Under the pieces are notes generated by a model, which ran no database searches, was not told the origin of the DNA, and was given only the letters and a program-made list of their open reading frames with translations. A DNA stretch of 64,000 bases. Origin: Parcubacteria group bacterium (GTDB lineage: Bacteria > Patescibacteriota > Minisyncoccia > Phycocordibacterales > Phycocordibacteraceae). Position numbers and translations under genes: made by a program. The stretch is taken from the NCBI GenBank assembly GCA_028286605.1, contig JAQBRE010000002.1, forward strand, positions 191,720-255,719, written 5' to 3'. Shown here in pieces: positions 9,960 through 19,371 of this stretch (position 1 is the first letter of the stretch; every line of letters begins with the position of its first letter).

Positions 9960-11873
9960 CTACTGATTATTTATTGCAGCACGGGTAATCGAACCGAAAT
10001 ACCCTGTTGCAGGCGAAATGTTATGTGCTTTCTGGAATCGCGCGAGTGCCGTCTGCGTTGCCGGACCAAATGTTGTCGTCTCTTTGCCTGGTGAACCTGC
10101 ACCCGATGCTGCAATGGCATATCCATGTACATTGAGCCACTGCTGAAGTGCACGTACATCTTCACCTGTTGAATCGATAGTGAGATCATGCATGAACGTA
10201 GCAGTTCCAGTAGCAGTTACCGCAGCTGACGGCAGAGATGATCCATTCCCCGCAATTGCTGCACGAGTAACCGCTCCGAAGTACCCAACAGCGGGAGAGA
10301 TACCGCGTGCTTTCTGGAATCGCGCGAGTGCAGCCTGCGTGAGTGCTCCAAAATATCCGGTATTATTTCCTGCTGTCAGATAGCCTCCCTGTATCAGGAA
10401 ATTCTGAAGGCTCGTAACATCGCTGCCGGTAGATTTCACATCAAGATTTCGTATGAACGGCGCCGACACCGAAACGCCAGAGCCGCCCTGCGATGAACCA
10501 CCTGGCGGACTATATGCAGGGCCACTACCGCTGAAATGACCTGGGACGATAACAATAGGAGCAACAACAGACGGTGTTACTGTGGTTGTAAATGTCTGGT
10601 CGCTCGACGTACTCGTATTGCCTGAGGCATCCGCGGAAACGACACGGAAATGGTAGATCGTCGAAGCCGTAAGAGCAGAGAGGGAACTGAGGTGCGAGCT
10701 GACTAGCGTTGCTGATGTAGAGACGCTGCCGTATCCAGCAGTAACCCCATAATCAACTATTGATGTCGCAGCTTCATCGGTCGTCCAATGAATCGTTGCT
10801 GCCTGATCAGATGGATTGGCAGAGATGCTGCTGATTGCCGGAGGGGTAGTGTCTGGCGTTGTGTTATTAACCGTGACGTTCGTTACGGTGGTTGTGGCGT
10901 AGTTATTTGAAGTGTCGCGAGCAACCGCACTGAACGCGTGTATCCCGTTACTTAGCATCGTACTATCGAAGTTCACCGTGTATGGGAATACCGTATCTTC
11001 TGTCCCTATGAGTGTCGTGTCAGCATAAAATTTCACACCAGCAACCGCAATGTTGTCTGACGCGGTTGCTGCGAAAACTACACTGCTTCCTGATACGGTG
11101 CTGCCGTTTATAGGAGCGCTTATGGTGATAGCGGGTGGCGTTGTGTCGGGTGTTACTGCTGTCGTGAATATTTGATCGCTCGAAGTCGTAACGTTATTCG
11201 AAAGGTCCGCAGATGCGACTTGAAAATGATAAGTCGTATTTGCCGCTAATCCACTAAGGAGTAACGAGTGCGAAGTGACGAAGGTTGCAGACGTTGAAGC
11301 AGCGCCATACGAAATAGTCGTGCCGTAGGAAACGCTAGAGGAAGCTGCTTCATCAGTCGTCCAAGTTATGGTTGCCGTTGCCTGGCCAGGGGTGCCAGAC
11401 GAAATCGCGGTGATAACCGGTGGCGTGGTATCTGGCACCGCTGCTGTCTTAAGCGTAAGGTCGGACGACGTCGCGGTGTTACTGAGAGCATCAGCAGACT
11501 GCACGCGGAAGTGGTAGGTCGTGTTCGCGGTAAGGCCGGTAATCGTTATGGAGTGTGATGTGGCGAGCGCTACAGACGTTGAAGCAGTGCCGTATAAAGC
11601 CGTCGTACCGATATCGATGCGTGAATTCGCGTTCTCATCGGTCGTCCACGTGATGGTCGCGCCAGTTTGAGATGTACTCGACGCAATATTCGTGAGTACC
11701 GGTGGGGTAACGTCTACGACGAGACCTCCATAATTTCCGCTTCCATACGTGCCGTTGCCATATGCGGTGTCCGCAAAACTAGTATGTGGAAAAGCAAACG
11801 ATAAAACGAAGAAGCAAGCCGCAACGAGCGCAGGTGTGAAAACGCTATTTCGCTTATGCTTGCTTGCCACCAT
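9960..11873 (-). CDS. Sec-exported surface protein: N-terminal YGNGTYGSGNYGG motif, three Fn3-like repeats, one Ig-like domain, two peptidoglycan-binding domains
   Basis: Signal peptide ends TSFA^D. Repeats ATITWTTDE...YG...H...L.GL.ANTTYHF.V.SAD. C-terminal repeats G.DV..LQ..L...G..FG..TQ.ALARFQ (PG_binding_1-like). Start taken at ATG 11873. Confidence 0.85.
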   Translation of the reverse strand: MVASKHKRNSVFTPALVAACFFVLSFAFPHTSFADTAYGNGTYGSGNYGGLVVDVTPPVLTNIASSTSQTGATITWTTDENANSRIDIGTTALYGTASTSVALATSHSITITGLTANTTYHFRVQSADALSNTATSSDLTLKTAAVPDTTPPVITAISSGTPGQATATITWTTDEAASSSVSYGTTISYGAASTSATFVTSHSLLLSGLAANTTYHFQVASADLSNNVTTSSDQIFTTAVTPDTTPPAITISAPINGSTVSGSSVVFAATASDNIAVAGVKFYADTTLIGTEDTVFPYTVNFDSTMLSNGIHAFSAVARDTSNNYATTTVTNVTVNNTTPDTTPPAISSISANPSDQAATIHWTTDEAATSIVDYGVTAGYGSVSTSATLVSSHLSSLSALTASTIYHFRVVSADASGNTSTSSDQTFTTTVTPSVVAPIVIVPGHFSGSGPAYSPPGGSSQGGSGVSVSAPFIRNLDVKSTGSDVTSLQNFLIQGGYLTAGNNTGYFGALTQAALARFQKARGISPAVGYFGAVTRAAIAGNGSSLPSAAVTATGTATFMHDLTIDSTGEDVRALQQWLNVHGYAIAASGAGSPGKETTTFGPATQTALARFQKAHNISPATGYFGSITRAAINNQ

Positions 11874-12009
11874 ACGTACCAGCTCCGTATCCCGCGGAAG
11901 CAATCGGGGCGGCCTTCTTTGAAGCACCTGGAATGCGAGAGAGAATCATGATACCGATAAGAGAACCGAGTATGATAAGAAATTGCTTGCGCGTAATTTT
12001 TTTATCCAT
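11854..12009 (-). CDS. 51-aa Tat-signal-like peptide with C-terminal YGAGTYGG motif (absent from ORF track)
   Basis: Manual translation: MDKKITRKQFLIILGSLIGIMILSRIPGASKKAAPIASAGYGAGTYGGKQA*. TRKQFL matches S/T-R-R/K-x-F-L and is followed by a hydrophobic h-region. Starts 6 nt after the tatC stop. Confidence 0.8.
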   Translation of the reverse strand: MDKKITRKQFLIILGSLIGIMILSRIPGASKKAAPIASAGYGAGTYGGKQA

Positions 12010-12015
12010 AAAGTT

Positions 12016-12741
12016 TTAACCTTTGTTTCCTAAAGAGTATACAACTCTCCCCAAGAGGATACTAATCTCAAATATAATCAGAGTAGGAACGAGGAACAGC
12101 GAAAGACTGAAAAGATCAGTCGTAGGAGTGAGTATTGAAAGAACGATGATTGCGGTTATGTAGGATACTGCTCGTTTTTTAGCCAGTATCTTCGGATCGA
12201 GTATGCGTGCGAAGGCCAAGATAACCACGACGCTGGGAATTTGGAAAATAAGCGCCATAAGCACCAACTCCATGAGTACGAAATTTATGTACTGTTCAGC
12301 GGTGAAAAAATTCACCACACCTGGAACATGTATCGAGAGGAGGAAATGAACGCTGAGCGGCAAGAGCAGCAGATACGTATATACGGTCGCAGCAACGGCG
12401 AGTACCGCAGATAATACTAGGAACCAAGCTATGAATGTTGTGCTCCGTTTTCCGAATGCGGGCGCAATGAAACGAAACAGACAGAATAAAATAATCGGCA
12501 ATGCGAGCAAGAACCCGCCGAAGAAATCAATCTTAAATATGAAGAGGAGAGGGTCGAGTGGCGAAAGGAATACGAGTGTCTGTGTGCCTAGCGGTGCGAA
12601 GAGCAACTCAATAACCTGAACGTGGAAGAAATGGGTAGCGCATGCGCCAACGATGAAGGCGCCTAACGCAATGAAGAAATAGGTGCGAAGCTCTAAGAGA
12701 TGCTCCCAGATGCTTCGCGCATCATCATTTTTTCTTTCCAT
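12016..12741 (-). CDS. tatC: Twin-arginine translocase subunit TatC
   Basis: SIWEHLLELR, FIAPA, FQIP, ILTPTTD..S..L, FEI motifs; six TMs. Start taken at ATG 12741. Confidence 0.93.
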   Translation of the reverse strand: MERKNDDARSIWEHLLELRTYFFIALGAFIVGACATHFFHVQVIELLFAPLGTQTLVFLSPLDPLLFIFKIDFFGGFLLALPIILFCLFRFIAPAFGKRSTTFIAWFLVLSAVLAVAATVYTYLLLLPLSVHFLLSIHVPGVVNFFTAEQYINFVLMELVLMALIFQIPSVVVILAFARILDPKILAKKRAVSYITAIIVLSILTPTTDLFSLSLFLVPTLIIFEISILLGRVVYSLGNKG

Positions 12742-12925
12742 CCTTCGTACCTTCCTCAGAAGAGGTGCTGTCCATTTTGGTACCTTCCTCAAAACCTTTC
12801 TTCAGGTCATGGAATGAACGGCCGATGCTATTAGCAAGACCAGGTAGTTTTTCTTTACCGAAGAATAAAAGAAGAACGAAAAGGATAAGGAGGAGTTCAG
12901 GAACGCCAAGGCCGAAGATGCTCAT
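12725..12925 (-). CDS. tatA: Twin-arginine translocase subunit TatA
   Basis: GLGVPELLLILFVLLLFFGKEKLPGLANSIG; canonical FG hinge and amphipathic helix. Confidence 0.95.
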   Translation of the reverse strand: MSIFGLGVPELLLILFVLLLFFGKEKLPGLANSIGRSFHDLKKGFEEGTKMDSTSSEEGTKDGKKK

Positions 12926-13013
12926 AAGATATTAGATTAAATTGACTCATCTATAGTATCTCCAGTCTTTATTGAAAATGCAATATAGAACGCCGTGCTA
13001 GAATTTCGACTAT

Positions 13014-15041
13014 ATGTGGATGCGCCCCGGAGTAATTGCAGCAGCCATGGCAGCGTTGCTGCCTGCTGCTGTTAAGAACGTTTTGAGTGTCTCTGGCGAT
13101 AGTTGGACGGCAGGTAATGAAGCTAAGCAAAGCCGTCTCGGGCAAGGGGTCTTCACGGAAAGCGATCGTTGGGATTATCAGCTTGCTGCACTGCTAGGCA
13201 TTCCTAATTACACCACCCCCGGCCAGACCGGTGTTAGCTCGGGCGTGATAAATGTTGGATATGGGGGCCAGAGCGCACAAACTATTTATACAAATCTTGA
13301 TGCCATCATCACTGCAGATCCGACACGCATGCAGGATACATGGACGTACTTTGGCGGTCGTAATAATGTGGGTGCTGATACGCAGGTCACCGCTATCACT
13401 GCTCAGCAGACTAATTTCATAAATCGCATCACTCATGATCGAAAGATCATTCTTCCCCCTTCTATGGGTGGAGGCCTGGGTGGTACTCCTGACGACTGGG
13501 TTCGTCAGCATCGCGTACAAATATATGACTGGCGAAATTTTAGAAAATACACCTTCAATCACTTCCGTTACTGGTGGGGAATTAGTCCGCATGGCGGATA
13601 TCCGGGTAATGGTGCGCCTGCTGTTGCGGTAATAGTTGGAAGCATTTCAGGTACCACACTAACGGTTGCAAGTGTCACGTCTGGCGCGCTTGCTATAAAT
13701 CAAGCCTTATTTGGCACTGGAGTCACTGCAGGTACCGTTATTACGGCAGGATCAGGTACGACATGGACCGTAAACCTATTGCAGACTGTTGCTACCGGCA
13801 CAACGATATCAACTACTCTGGATACGCGCGATGTTGGAAACCAGAGTATCCTCACTTCTTTATCTAAGAGCGCTGCGGTAGCGCAGGACCATCCGAACTA
13901 TTGGTCCAGTCCTATTATTGCAGCTGCAATGAAGCCTCTTACCCTCGCTCTATGGAATCTGGATGTTTTTGTCCTCGAACAAAGTATTCCCGATGTTGCC
14001 TACGATATGGGTGCGGGCACGACAATAGAAGTGTATTTCAAGGGATACGTAACATCTTGCTCTATTGCCAGCGATGATCCGGTAAATCCTGGTTTCTTTA
14101 CTATTGCAATGAAGCCGAGCAGTACGGATACGGCACTGCTCACTCGAACGTCTGTGTCAGCAGGGAGTATGATTTCGCCGTTGAATCTCCGTATAACGGC
14201 AAACGGTGTCGATACCGGCGGGAATGCCAAGACTCATACGAATGACGTACGAATTCTGCCGAGCGCAATAGGAGCAAGTTCGACGCTGCCTATCGGTGCA
14301 ACGTTCCCGCGAGATACCGTTAATCCGATACAACGATGGCCACGAATGGAATCAGCAGTATCTCCTTTCACGAATGATTCAAAATTCACCATCGCGATCT
14401 GCTGGAAGCCAGGCGAAGATAATTCGAACATGAATATCTGGGTCAACTCCGGTATCGTTATCAATCGTGCGGTCGGCTCGACAAACAGACTAGCAGTTGT
14501 AATCAGAGATACTGCAGCAAGTAACAGGGTAAACTGGACGAGCGTCAGTACGAATTTCAATATTGCAGGCGGTGAGACTTGGATACTTCTTTCAGTCGAC
14601 CTTGGTGCTGCTACGCCTGTGGCGAATATGTATTCGGTACGTGCTGGCTCAGTGGTGAATATCGCATCCGGCCTGACGCAGCCGACCGTGGGTACTGGAT
14701 TGGTCGGACTGGGAACCAGTACGCCGTTTATGTTCAGTTCGACCGTAGGAGGAGCCTCATCTTTTAAGGGCTCTATAAAATCTGTCTGGGCTGCGCAGGG
14801 AGTCTATTTCGATTTCTCACAGACTTCCAACGTAGACCTTTTCGTTAATCACACGACCGGTGTTCCGACTGACCTTGGCTCTAATGGTTCAACAGGTACA
14901 GGCGTTACTCCGCAGGTCTATTTTCGGGGCACTCCGGGTGACTGGATTACTGGTAAGAATTTTGGTTCAGGCACAGACTGGACTCTGCAGGACAACTGGC
15001 TTTCAGGTGAAGCGCAGTCTTCGCAACCAACTTCATATTAA
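13014..15041 (+). CDS. Signal-less multidomain protein: SGNH/GDSL-like domain, beta-rich insert, C-terminal LamG/ConA-like region (phage fibre/adhesin-like)
   Basis: GDSWT, NVGYGGQ, GGRNN and DHPN blocks; [13 protein letters not shown] insert; G/S/T-rich C-half. No convincing Sec or Tat signal. Confidence 0.6.
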   Translation: MWMRPGVIAAAMAALLPAAVKNVLSVSGDSWTAGNEAKQSRLGQGVFTESDRWDYQLAALLGIPNYTTPGQTGVSSGVINVGYGGQSAQTIYTNLDAIITADPTRMQDTWTYFGGRNNVGADTQVTAITAQQTNFINRITHDRKIILPPSMGGGLGGTPDDWVRQHRVQIYDWRNFRKYTFNHFRYWWGISPHGGYPGNGAPAVAVIVGSISGTTLTVASVTSGALAINQALFGTGVTAGTVITAGSGTTWTVNLLQTVATGTTISTTLDTRDVGNQSILTSLSKSAAVAQDHPNYWSSPIIAAAMKPLTLALWNLDVFVLEQSIPDVAYDMGAGTTIEVYFKGYVTSCSIASDDPVNPGFFTIAMKPSSTDTALLTRTSVSAGSMISPLNLRITANGVDTGGNAKTHTNDVRILPSAIGASSTLPIGATFPRDTVNPIQRWPRMESAVSPFTNDSKFTIAICWKPGEDNSNMNIWVNSGIVINRAVGSTNRLAVVIRDTAASNRVNWTSVSTNFNIAGGETWILLSVDLGAATPVANMYSVRAGSVVNIASGLTQPTVGTGLVGLGTSTPFMFSSTVGGASSFKGSIKSVWAAQGVYFDFSQTSNVDLFVNHTTGVPTDLGSNGSTGTGVTPQVYFRGTPGDWITGKNFGSGTDWTLQDNWLSGEAQSSQPTSY

Positions 15042-15060
15042 TTTGATATAATTTACAGAC

Positions 15061-15444
15061 ATGGCAAATCTACCAACACCAGGCTCAGACAGTGGTACAT
15101 GGGGTAATACGCTCAATACGTATCTTCTCATCGGACATGATGCGTCGGGGAATAATGTTGGCGGCCTGATCGTAGAGGCGACGAAGAGCGGATCGTATAC
15201 GCTCACGACGGCAAACAACAGTCAGCGTATCGTGGCGACATCAGCGATAACCATTACCGTTCCGACGACCGGTACCCTTGGAAACGGTTTCGAATGCGAA
15301 ATCGTAAATGATAGCGGCGGTAGCGTTATCATTGATGGACCTGGTGCTACGAATGTGACCATGGCAGACGGGGAAGTTGCCTGCTTCCTTGAGGTGAATG
15401 GCAAGCAGCGTGTGGTGAAGGGTTCAAGCACCATAATCTCGTAA
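15061..15444 (+). CDS. Small signal-less protein with N-terminal LPTPGxDxGTWG..LN motif and a phage-fibre-like beta domain
   Basis: MANLPTPGSDSGTWGNTLNTYL, then SYTLT...ITITVP...GFECEIVN...VII; own TATAAT box 8 nt upstream. Confidence 0.7.
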   Translation: MANLPTPGSDSGTWGNTLNTYLLIGHDASGNNVGGLIVEATKSGSYTLTTANNSQRIVATSAITITVPTTGTLGNGFECEIVNDSGGSVIIDGPGATNVTMADGEVACFLEVNGKQRVVKGSSTIIS

Positions 15445-15467
15445 TCGAAGCTCGTTTATATGTATGA

Positions 15468-15495
15468 AAACAAGACCGCGTTCGCGGTCTTGTTT
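15468..15495. terminator. Bidirectional terminator between the 15061 ORF and tRNA-Ser
   Basis: AAACAAGACCGCG-tt-CGCGGTCTTGTTT. Confidence 0.75.
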
Positions 15496-15500
15496 CTTAG

Positions 15501-15587
15501 CGGAGACGGAGGGATTCGAACCCTCGAAGGGTTTAACCCCTTACATCGTTAGCAGTGATGCGCCTTCGACCACTCGGCCACGTCTCC
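15501..15587 (-). tRNA. tRNA-Ser(GCU)
   Basis: GGAGACGTGGCCGAGTGGTCGAAGGCG-CATCA CT GCT AA CGATG, long variable arm, GAGGG TTCGAAT CCCTC-CGTCTCC-G. CCA not encoded. Confidence 0.95.
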
Positions 15588-15603
15588 GTTCAGCTACTAT
15601 ATG

Positions 15604-16221
15604 TCACGTTGCGTATCTATTCAAATGTTTCGGATTGTGGGAGGAAATGACCCTAAAGTAGGCTTTCAAGTCCGCTTTGCTTTCTAGACGAACTCCATTA
15701 CGACTAGAAAATCTTGGACACATCCCAAGTTCTTTAAAGAACGTATATACAGTCTTACGAAGAGGTTCCGATGCACTACTAAAATCAAGCTTCTTATACG
15801 TGTATCGTTTACCTTTGGAAATATATGAATGATCGAATACGCAGCCGTCTGTATCTACCAATCCGCGAATACACGCGATAAGAAATTTAGGATTTTCTTT
15901 AATCCAGCAAGGAATATCAATTTGTGAATGTGTTTTATTTCCTTTAGGTAGTCCTGCGCTATGCAAAAAACGAACTAGTTCAATTCTGGATATTACAAGA
16001 TCATTTACAGACCGGGTAGGTCTTTTTTGAATATGCGGCTCGATAGCAAATAATTTTTGTATGAGATTACTTACGTATCTTGAGTATTCAAGGTCATTTG
16101 TGTGATGAAGACTTATCTTTACTTGATATTTGGATATGTTTCCATCGCCAATCATGATTCCTATGAATTCTGCGAGTTCAATGCTTTTTTCTGGTTGCTG
16201 TATGCGCTTAGTCCAGACCAT
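15604..16221 (-). CDS. Double-motif LAGLIDADG endonuclease-like protein
   Basis: LAEFIGIMIGDGNI and CIRGLVDTDGC motifs with IPCWI between them; AT-rich. Confidence 0.85.
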   Translation of the reverse strand: MVWTKRIQQPEKSIELAEFIGIMIGDGNISKYQVKISLHHTNDLEYSRYVSNLIQKLFAIEPHIQKRPTRSVNDLVISRIELVRFLHSAGLPKGNKTHSQIDIPCWIKENPKFLIACIRGLVDTDGCVFDHSYISKGKRYTYKKLDFSSASEPLRKTVYTFFKELGMCPRFSSRNGVRLESKADLKAYFRVISSHNPKHLNRYAT

Positions 16222-16223
16222 AC

Positions 16224-16850
16224 TTATGGGGAGTGAGCCAAGGCGACGGGTGCGATGCGTACGGCACCGGCGGCCTGAAGTGCTTGTATACAGGCGGAAA
16301 GAGCGGCTCCGGTGGTGGTAACATCGTCTACGACTATATATAAGGTATGCGGATCAGGCGTTCGGATCAGTGTGAAGGCACCTTCCAAATTAGCTCGGCG
16401 GCCTTGGCCGCCGAGCCCGGTTTGTGGCGGCGTGTCGCGAATGCGCTGCAGCAGGCCCGTATCGATTGTGGTGTTGGATTTTAATGTACGTAGCGCAGCT
16501 CTACATATGAGTTCGGCCTGGTTATAGCCGCGCTCGCGAAGACGCTTGCGCGAAAGTGGCACAGGAAGCAGTACACACGGCCGCTCGCCCATACTAGATC
16601 CAAGATAATCTGCAAGAATCCCACCGAGCGCTTCTTGTGCCTGGCGCGCATTATGAAACTTCGCTTCAGTAATAGCGGCCTGTACGAGCAAATTACGATA
16701 GGGGAGTAGTGAGGTGACCTGCGGGGTTGTGGACGCGATGCGTATGGGATGCACGAGCACGGCGAGCGCTTCATGGGAAACAGAGCGGGCGCGAAGCGCC
16801 CGTTGTTTCGGTGGAAACAATATATCAAGCATTGCCGTGAGTAATCGCAT
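16224..16850 (-). CDS. comF: ComF family competence protein (PRTase-like)
   Basis: LDILFP, PVPLS..R.RERGYNQAE, VVDDVTTTGA motifs. Confidence 0.9.
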   Translation of the reverse strand: MRLLTAMLDILFPPKQRALRARSVSHEALAVLVHPIRIASTTPQVTSLLPYRNLLVQAAITEAKFHNARQAQEALGGILADYLGSSMGERPCVLLPVPLSRKRLRERGYNQAELICRAALRTLKSNTTIDTGLLQRIRDTPPQTGLGGQGRRANLEGAFTLIRTPDPHTLYIVVDDVTTTGAALSACIQALQAAGAVRIAPVALAHSP

Positions 16851-16986
16851 CTATTCATGCTATCCAGTTCCTTATCCACAGTCTTCATATAGCAGCTGCA
16901 TAGCGTGAATAGATTTTCAGATTTTCACTATGCTAATTTCATTTTTTCTTGAAGTTGGAAAAGCGAGCAGATGATACAATGCCTGC

Positions 16987-18075
16987 ATGACATTGTTCGG
17001 AAACTTATTCGGCGGCAGCAAGAAAAGCAAGAGCGTCATCGGTCTTGATATCGGTTCTTCTTCGTTGAAGGTGGTACAACTACGTCGTGACGGAGAGACA
17101 GCCGTACTTGAAACCTATGGAGAGCTTGCGCTCGGCCCCTATGCTGGCGGCGAAGCGGGGCAGGCAACGAACCTTCCTGCAGACAAGATCGCAGAGACAC
17201 TGAAGGATCTTCTGCGTGAATCAAGCGTAACGACGACGGATTCAGGCATTTCAATTCCGTTTTCTCGTTCACTCCTTACGCTCGTTGAACTTCCGTACCG
17301 CGAAGACCCGAACGAACAGAAGACGATGATCGAACTTGAGGCTCGTAAATACATTCCGGTGCCGGTCTCAGAAGTGCAACTGGACTGGTTCATCGTTCCA
17401 GAACCGCCGACGGCTAATGGCGAGAAACCGACAAAGATGAAGGTGCTTATCGTTGCAGTTCATAACGACCAGCTTGCGCTCCTGCAGACGGTTATTGCGG
17501 GTGCGGGTCTCACGGCAAGCTTTTACGAGATAGAAATATTCAGCACGATACGTTCAGTGGTGGATGAGCCCCTGTTACCAGTGCTCGTGCTTGATATCGG
17601 CGCGTCCGCGACGAAAGTGTACGTGGTCGAGCATGGTGTGGTGGCTCTTTCGCACAATATTCCTCAGGGCGGGCAGGATGTGACGCGCACGATAGCCACA
17701 GCGAATGGCTATTCGGTTTCCCAGGCAGAAGCGCTTAAGAAGGAGCACGGGTTTGCAGACGGAAAAGGTGTCTACGAGCGAAAGACGATCGAACTTATCT
17801 TCTCCCGCATCTTCGAAGAGACGAAACGCGTACTTACGCAATATGAAACGACGCATCAAAAGACTATTTCCGTTATCGTCCTTACCGGCGGCGGCGGCGT
17901 TACCAAGGATCTTGCCGTATATGCGAAGGAATTCTTCTCACTAGATGTAAAGCTTGCGGATCCGTTCGGAAAAACGCAGGCGCCTGCATTCATGCGTCCG
18001 GTACTTGAAGAGATTGGCCCTGAATTCGCAGTCGCAGTCGGTGTTGCACTACGAAAACTCGAAGAGACGGGTTAG
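16987..18075 (+). CDS. pilM: Type IV pilus assembly protein PilM
   Basis: IGLDIGSSSLKVV, EARKYIP, LDIGA, LTGGG, AVAVGVALR (actin-like fold). Confidence 0.95.
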   Translation: MTLFGNLFGGSKKSKSVIGLDIGSSSLKVVQLRRDGETAVLETYGELALGPYAGGEAGQATNLPADKIAETLKDLLRESSVTTTDSGISIPFSRSLLTLVELPYREDPNEQKTMIELEARKYIPVPVSEVQLDWFIVPEPPTANGEKPTKMKVLIVAVHNDQLALLQTVIAGAGLTASFYEIEIFSTIRSVVDEPLLPVLVLDIGASATKVYVVEHGVVALSHNIPQGGQDVTRTIATANGYSVSQAEALKKEHGFADGKGVYERKTIELIFSRIFEETKRVLTQYETTHQKTISVIVLTGGGGVTKDLAVYAKEFFSLDVKLADPFGKTQAPAFMRPVLEEIGPEFAVAVGVALRKLEETG

Positions 18076-18127
18076 ATGTGCATAACCACGTACGCCTGTG
18101 CGCAAGTTATGTCGTATACTGCAATCT

Positions 18128-18799
18128 GTGGCACTCTCTCCCGGTATCCCGACATCATTCGTTCCGAAGCAGCCTGTACAGACACCTAAGCGAAAGGTGA
18201 GTCCAGGCAGTAATGTGTTCCTGCTCGCGTCACTGGCTATTGCGGGAATCTCTATCCTTGCCGCTGGCGCTGTCTTCGGATACGGGCAATATCTTTCTCA
18301 TCTTGAAACAGCGAAAGCTGCGGAACTGAAGCAGGAACAGGACTCCGTCAATGCGGATACGCTGAAAGACTATCTTCGCCTTAAGGACCGCTTCCAGTCC
18401 GGCGAATCACTGCTCGATAATCACATCATCCTTTCTGGATTCTTCAATGAGCTAGAGCAGCTTACGTTGCAGAACGTACAATTCACGACGCTCACTATAG
18501 CGGTTGCAGGAGATGGAACGGCTAAAGTAAGCATGGATGGAACGGCCAAGAATTTTAATGCACTTGCCGTTCAGTCGAACTCGGTCGCCGCGGACCCTCT
18601 GTTCAAGAGCGCTATCTTCTCAGGCATCGCATTTGATACGAATAATCGAATCAAATTCGTCCTTACGGCGAATATCGATCCCACGTTGATTCATGTAACT
18701 CAAAAACAGGCTCTTGCTGCGCCGGCAGTACCGGTTCAGCAGGTGGCGCCAGCTCCCGTAACCCCTGCAGCAACAAGCACCGCAACAACAACGCTATGA
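18128..18799 (+). CDS. PilN-like protein
   Basis: TSFVPK followed by a TM and a coiled coil; follows pilM. GTG start 7 nt after TATACT. Confidence 0.7.
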   Translation: MALSPGIPTSFVPKQPVQTPKRKVSPGSNVFLLASLAIAGISILAAGAVFGYGQYLSHLETAKAAELKQEQDSVNADTLKDYLRLKDRFQSGESLLDNHIILSGFFNELEQLTLQNVQFTTLTIAVAGDGTAKVSMDGTAKNFNALAVQSNSVAADPLFKSAIFSGIAFDTNNRIKFVLTANIDPTLIHVTQKQALAAPAVPVQQVAPAPVTPAATSTATTTL

Positions 18800-19362
18800 T
18801 TACCCGTATCCTTCCATTCGCCGCCCTTGCACTCGCTGCCGCTCTTATATTCGGATACATAGTACCTGCCTATAAGAATTCGATCGTCGGTGCACAGGCA
18901 AGTATTAAAAGCTATGAGAATGCGCTCACCGCAGCCAAAGGATTCAATCAGAAAGAAACTGACTTGGCACAGCAGCGCGCAGCAATCTCGTCTGATAACC
19001 TCGCACGCCTCGCATCATTCCTACCGGATGGCGTGAATAATGTGCAGCTCATTCTTGATCTCGATGGTCTTGCGGCACGTTCCGGAATGGTGCTTTCGAA
19101 TTTCAATATCGATACGAGCACCGTAACGAACGGCAGCGGCTCGGGCGACCCTACTGCGATCGCCCTTGAATCCAGCAATCCGGTCGATTCTGTGCAGCTT
19201 ACTGTGGAGACGAATGGCACGTACGCGCAATTCCGTTCATTCCTTGCTGGTATCGAGCAGAGTCTGCGCCCGCTTGATGTGGTGAATCTTACGGTTGCCG
19301 CGGGCAGTTCGAGTACCACCTATAAGTATGATCTGACGATACGTATCTATTGGCTTCATTAG
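18796..19362 (+). CDS. PilO-like protein
   Basis: TM, coiled coil, LP..., GTYAQFRSFL..IEQSLR motif. Confidence 0.75.
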   Translation: MITRILPFAALALAAALIFGYIVPAYKNSIVGAQASIKSYENALTAAKGFNQKETDLAQQRAAISSDNLARLASFLPDGVNNVQLILDLDGLAARSGMVLSNFNIDTSTVTNGSGSGDPTAIALESSNPVDSVQLTVETNGTYAQFRSFLAGIEQSLRPLDVVNLTVAAGSSSTTYKYDLTIRIYWLH

Positions 19363-19371
19363 TCTTTCTTT

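Noticed and set aside
11874-11927. N-terminal extension of the 655-aa ORF (MLQRRPPR...) as an RR signal
   Set aside because: It is an alternative frame of the 51-aa peptide gene. ATG 11873 gives a clean Sec-type signal.
9960-15500. Prophage or integrative element at tRNA-Ser
   Set aside because: I found no integrase, no duplicated tRNA 3' end and no phage core genes; only fibre-like modules are present.
15604-16221. Intein or WhiA
   Set aside because: No splicing motifs (N-terminal Cys/Ser, C-terminal His-Asn), no host extein and no WhiA C-terminal HTH.
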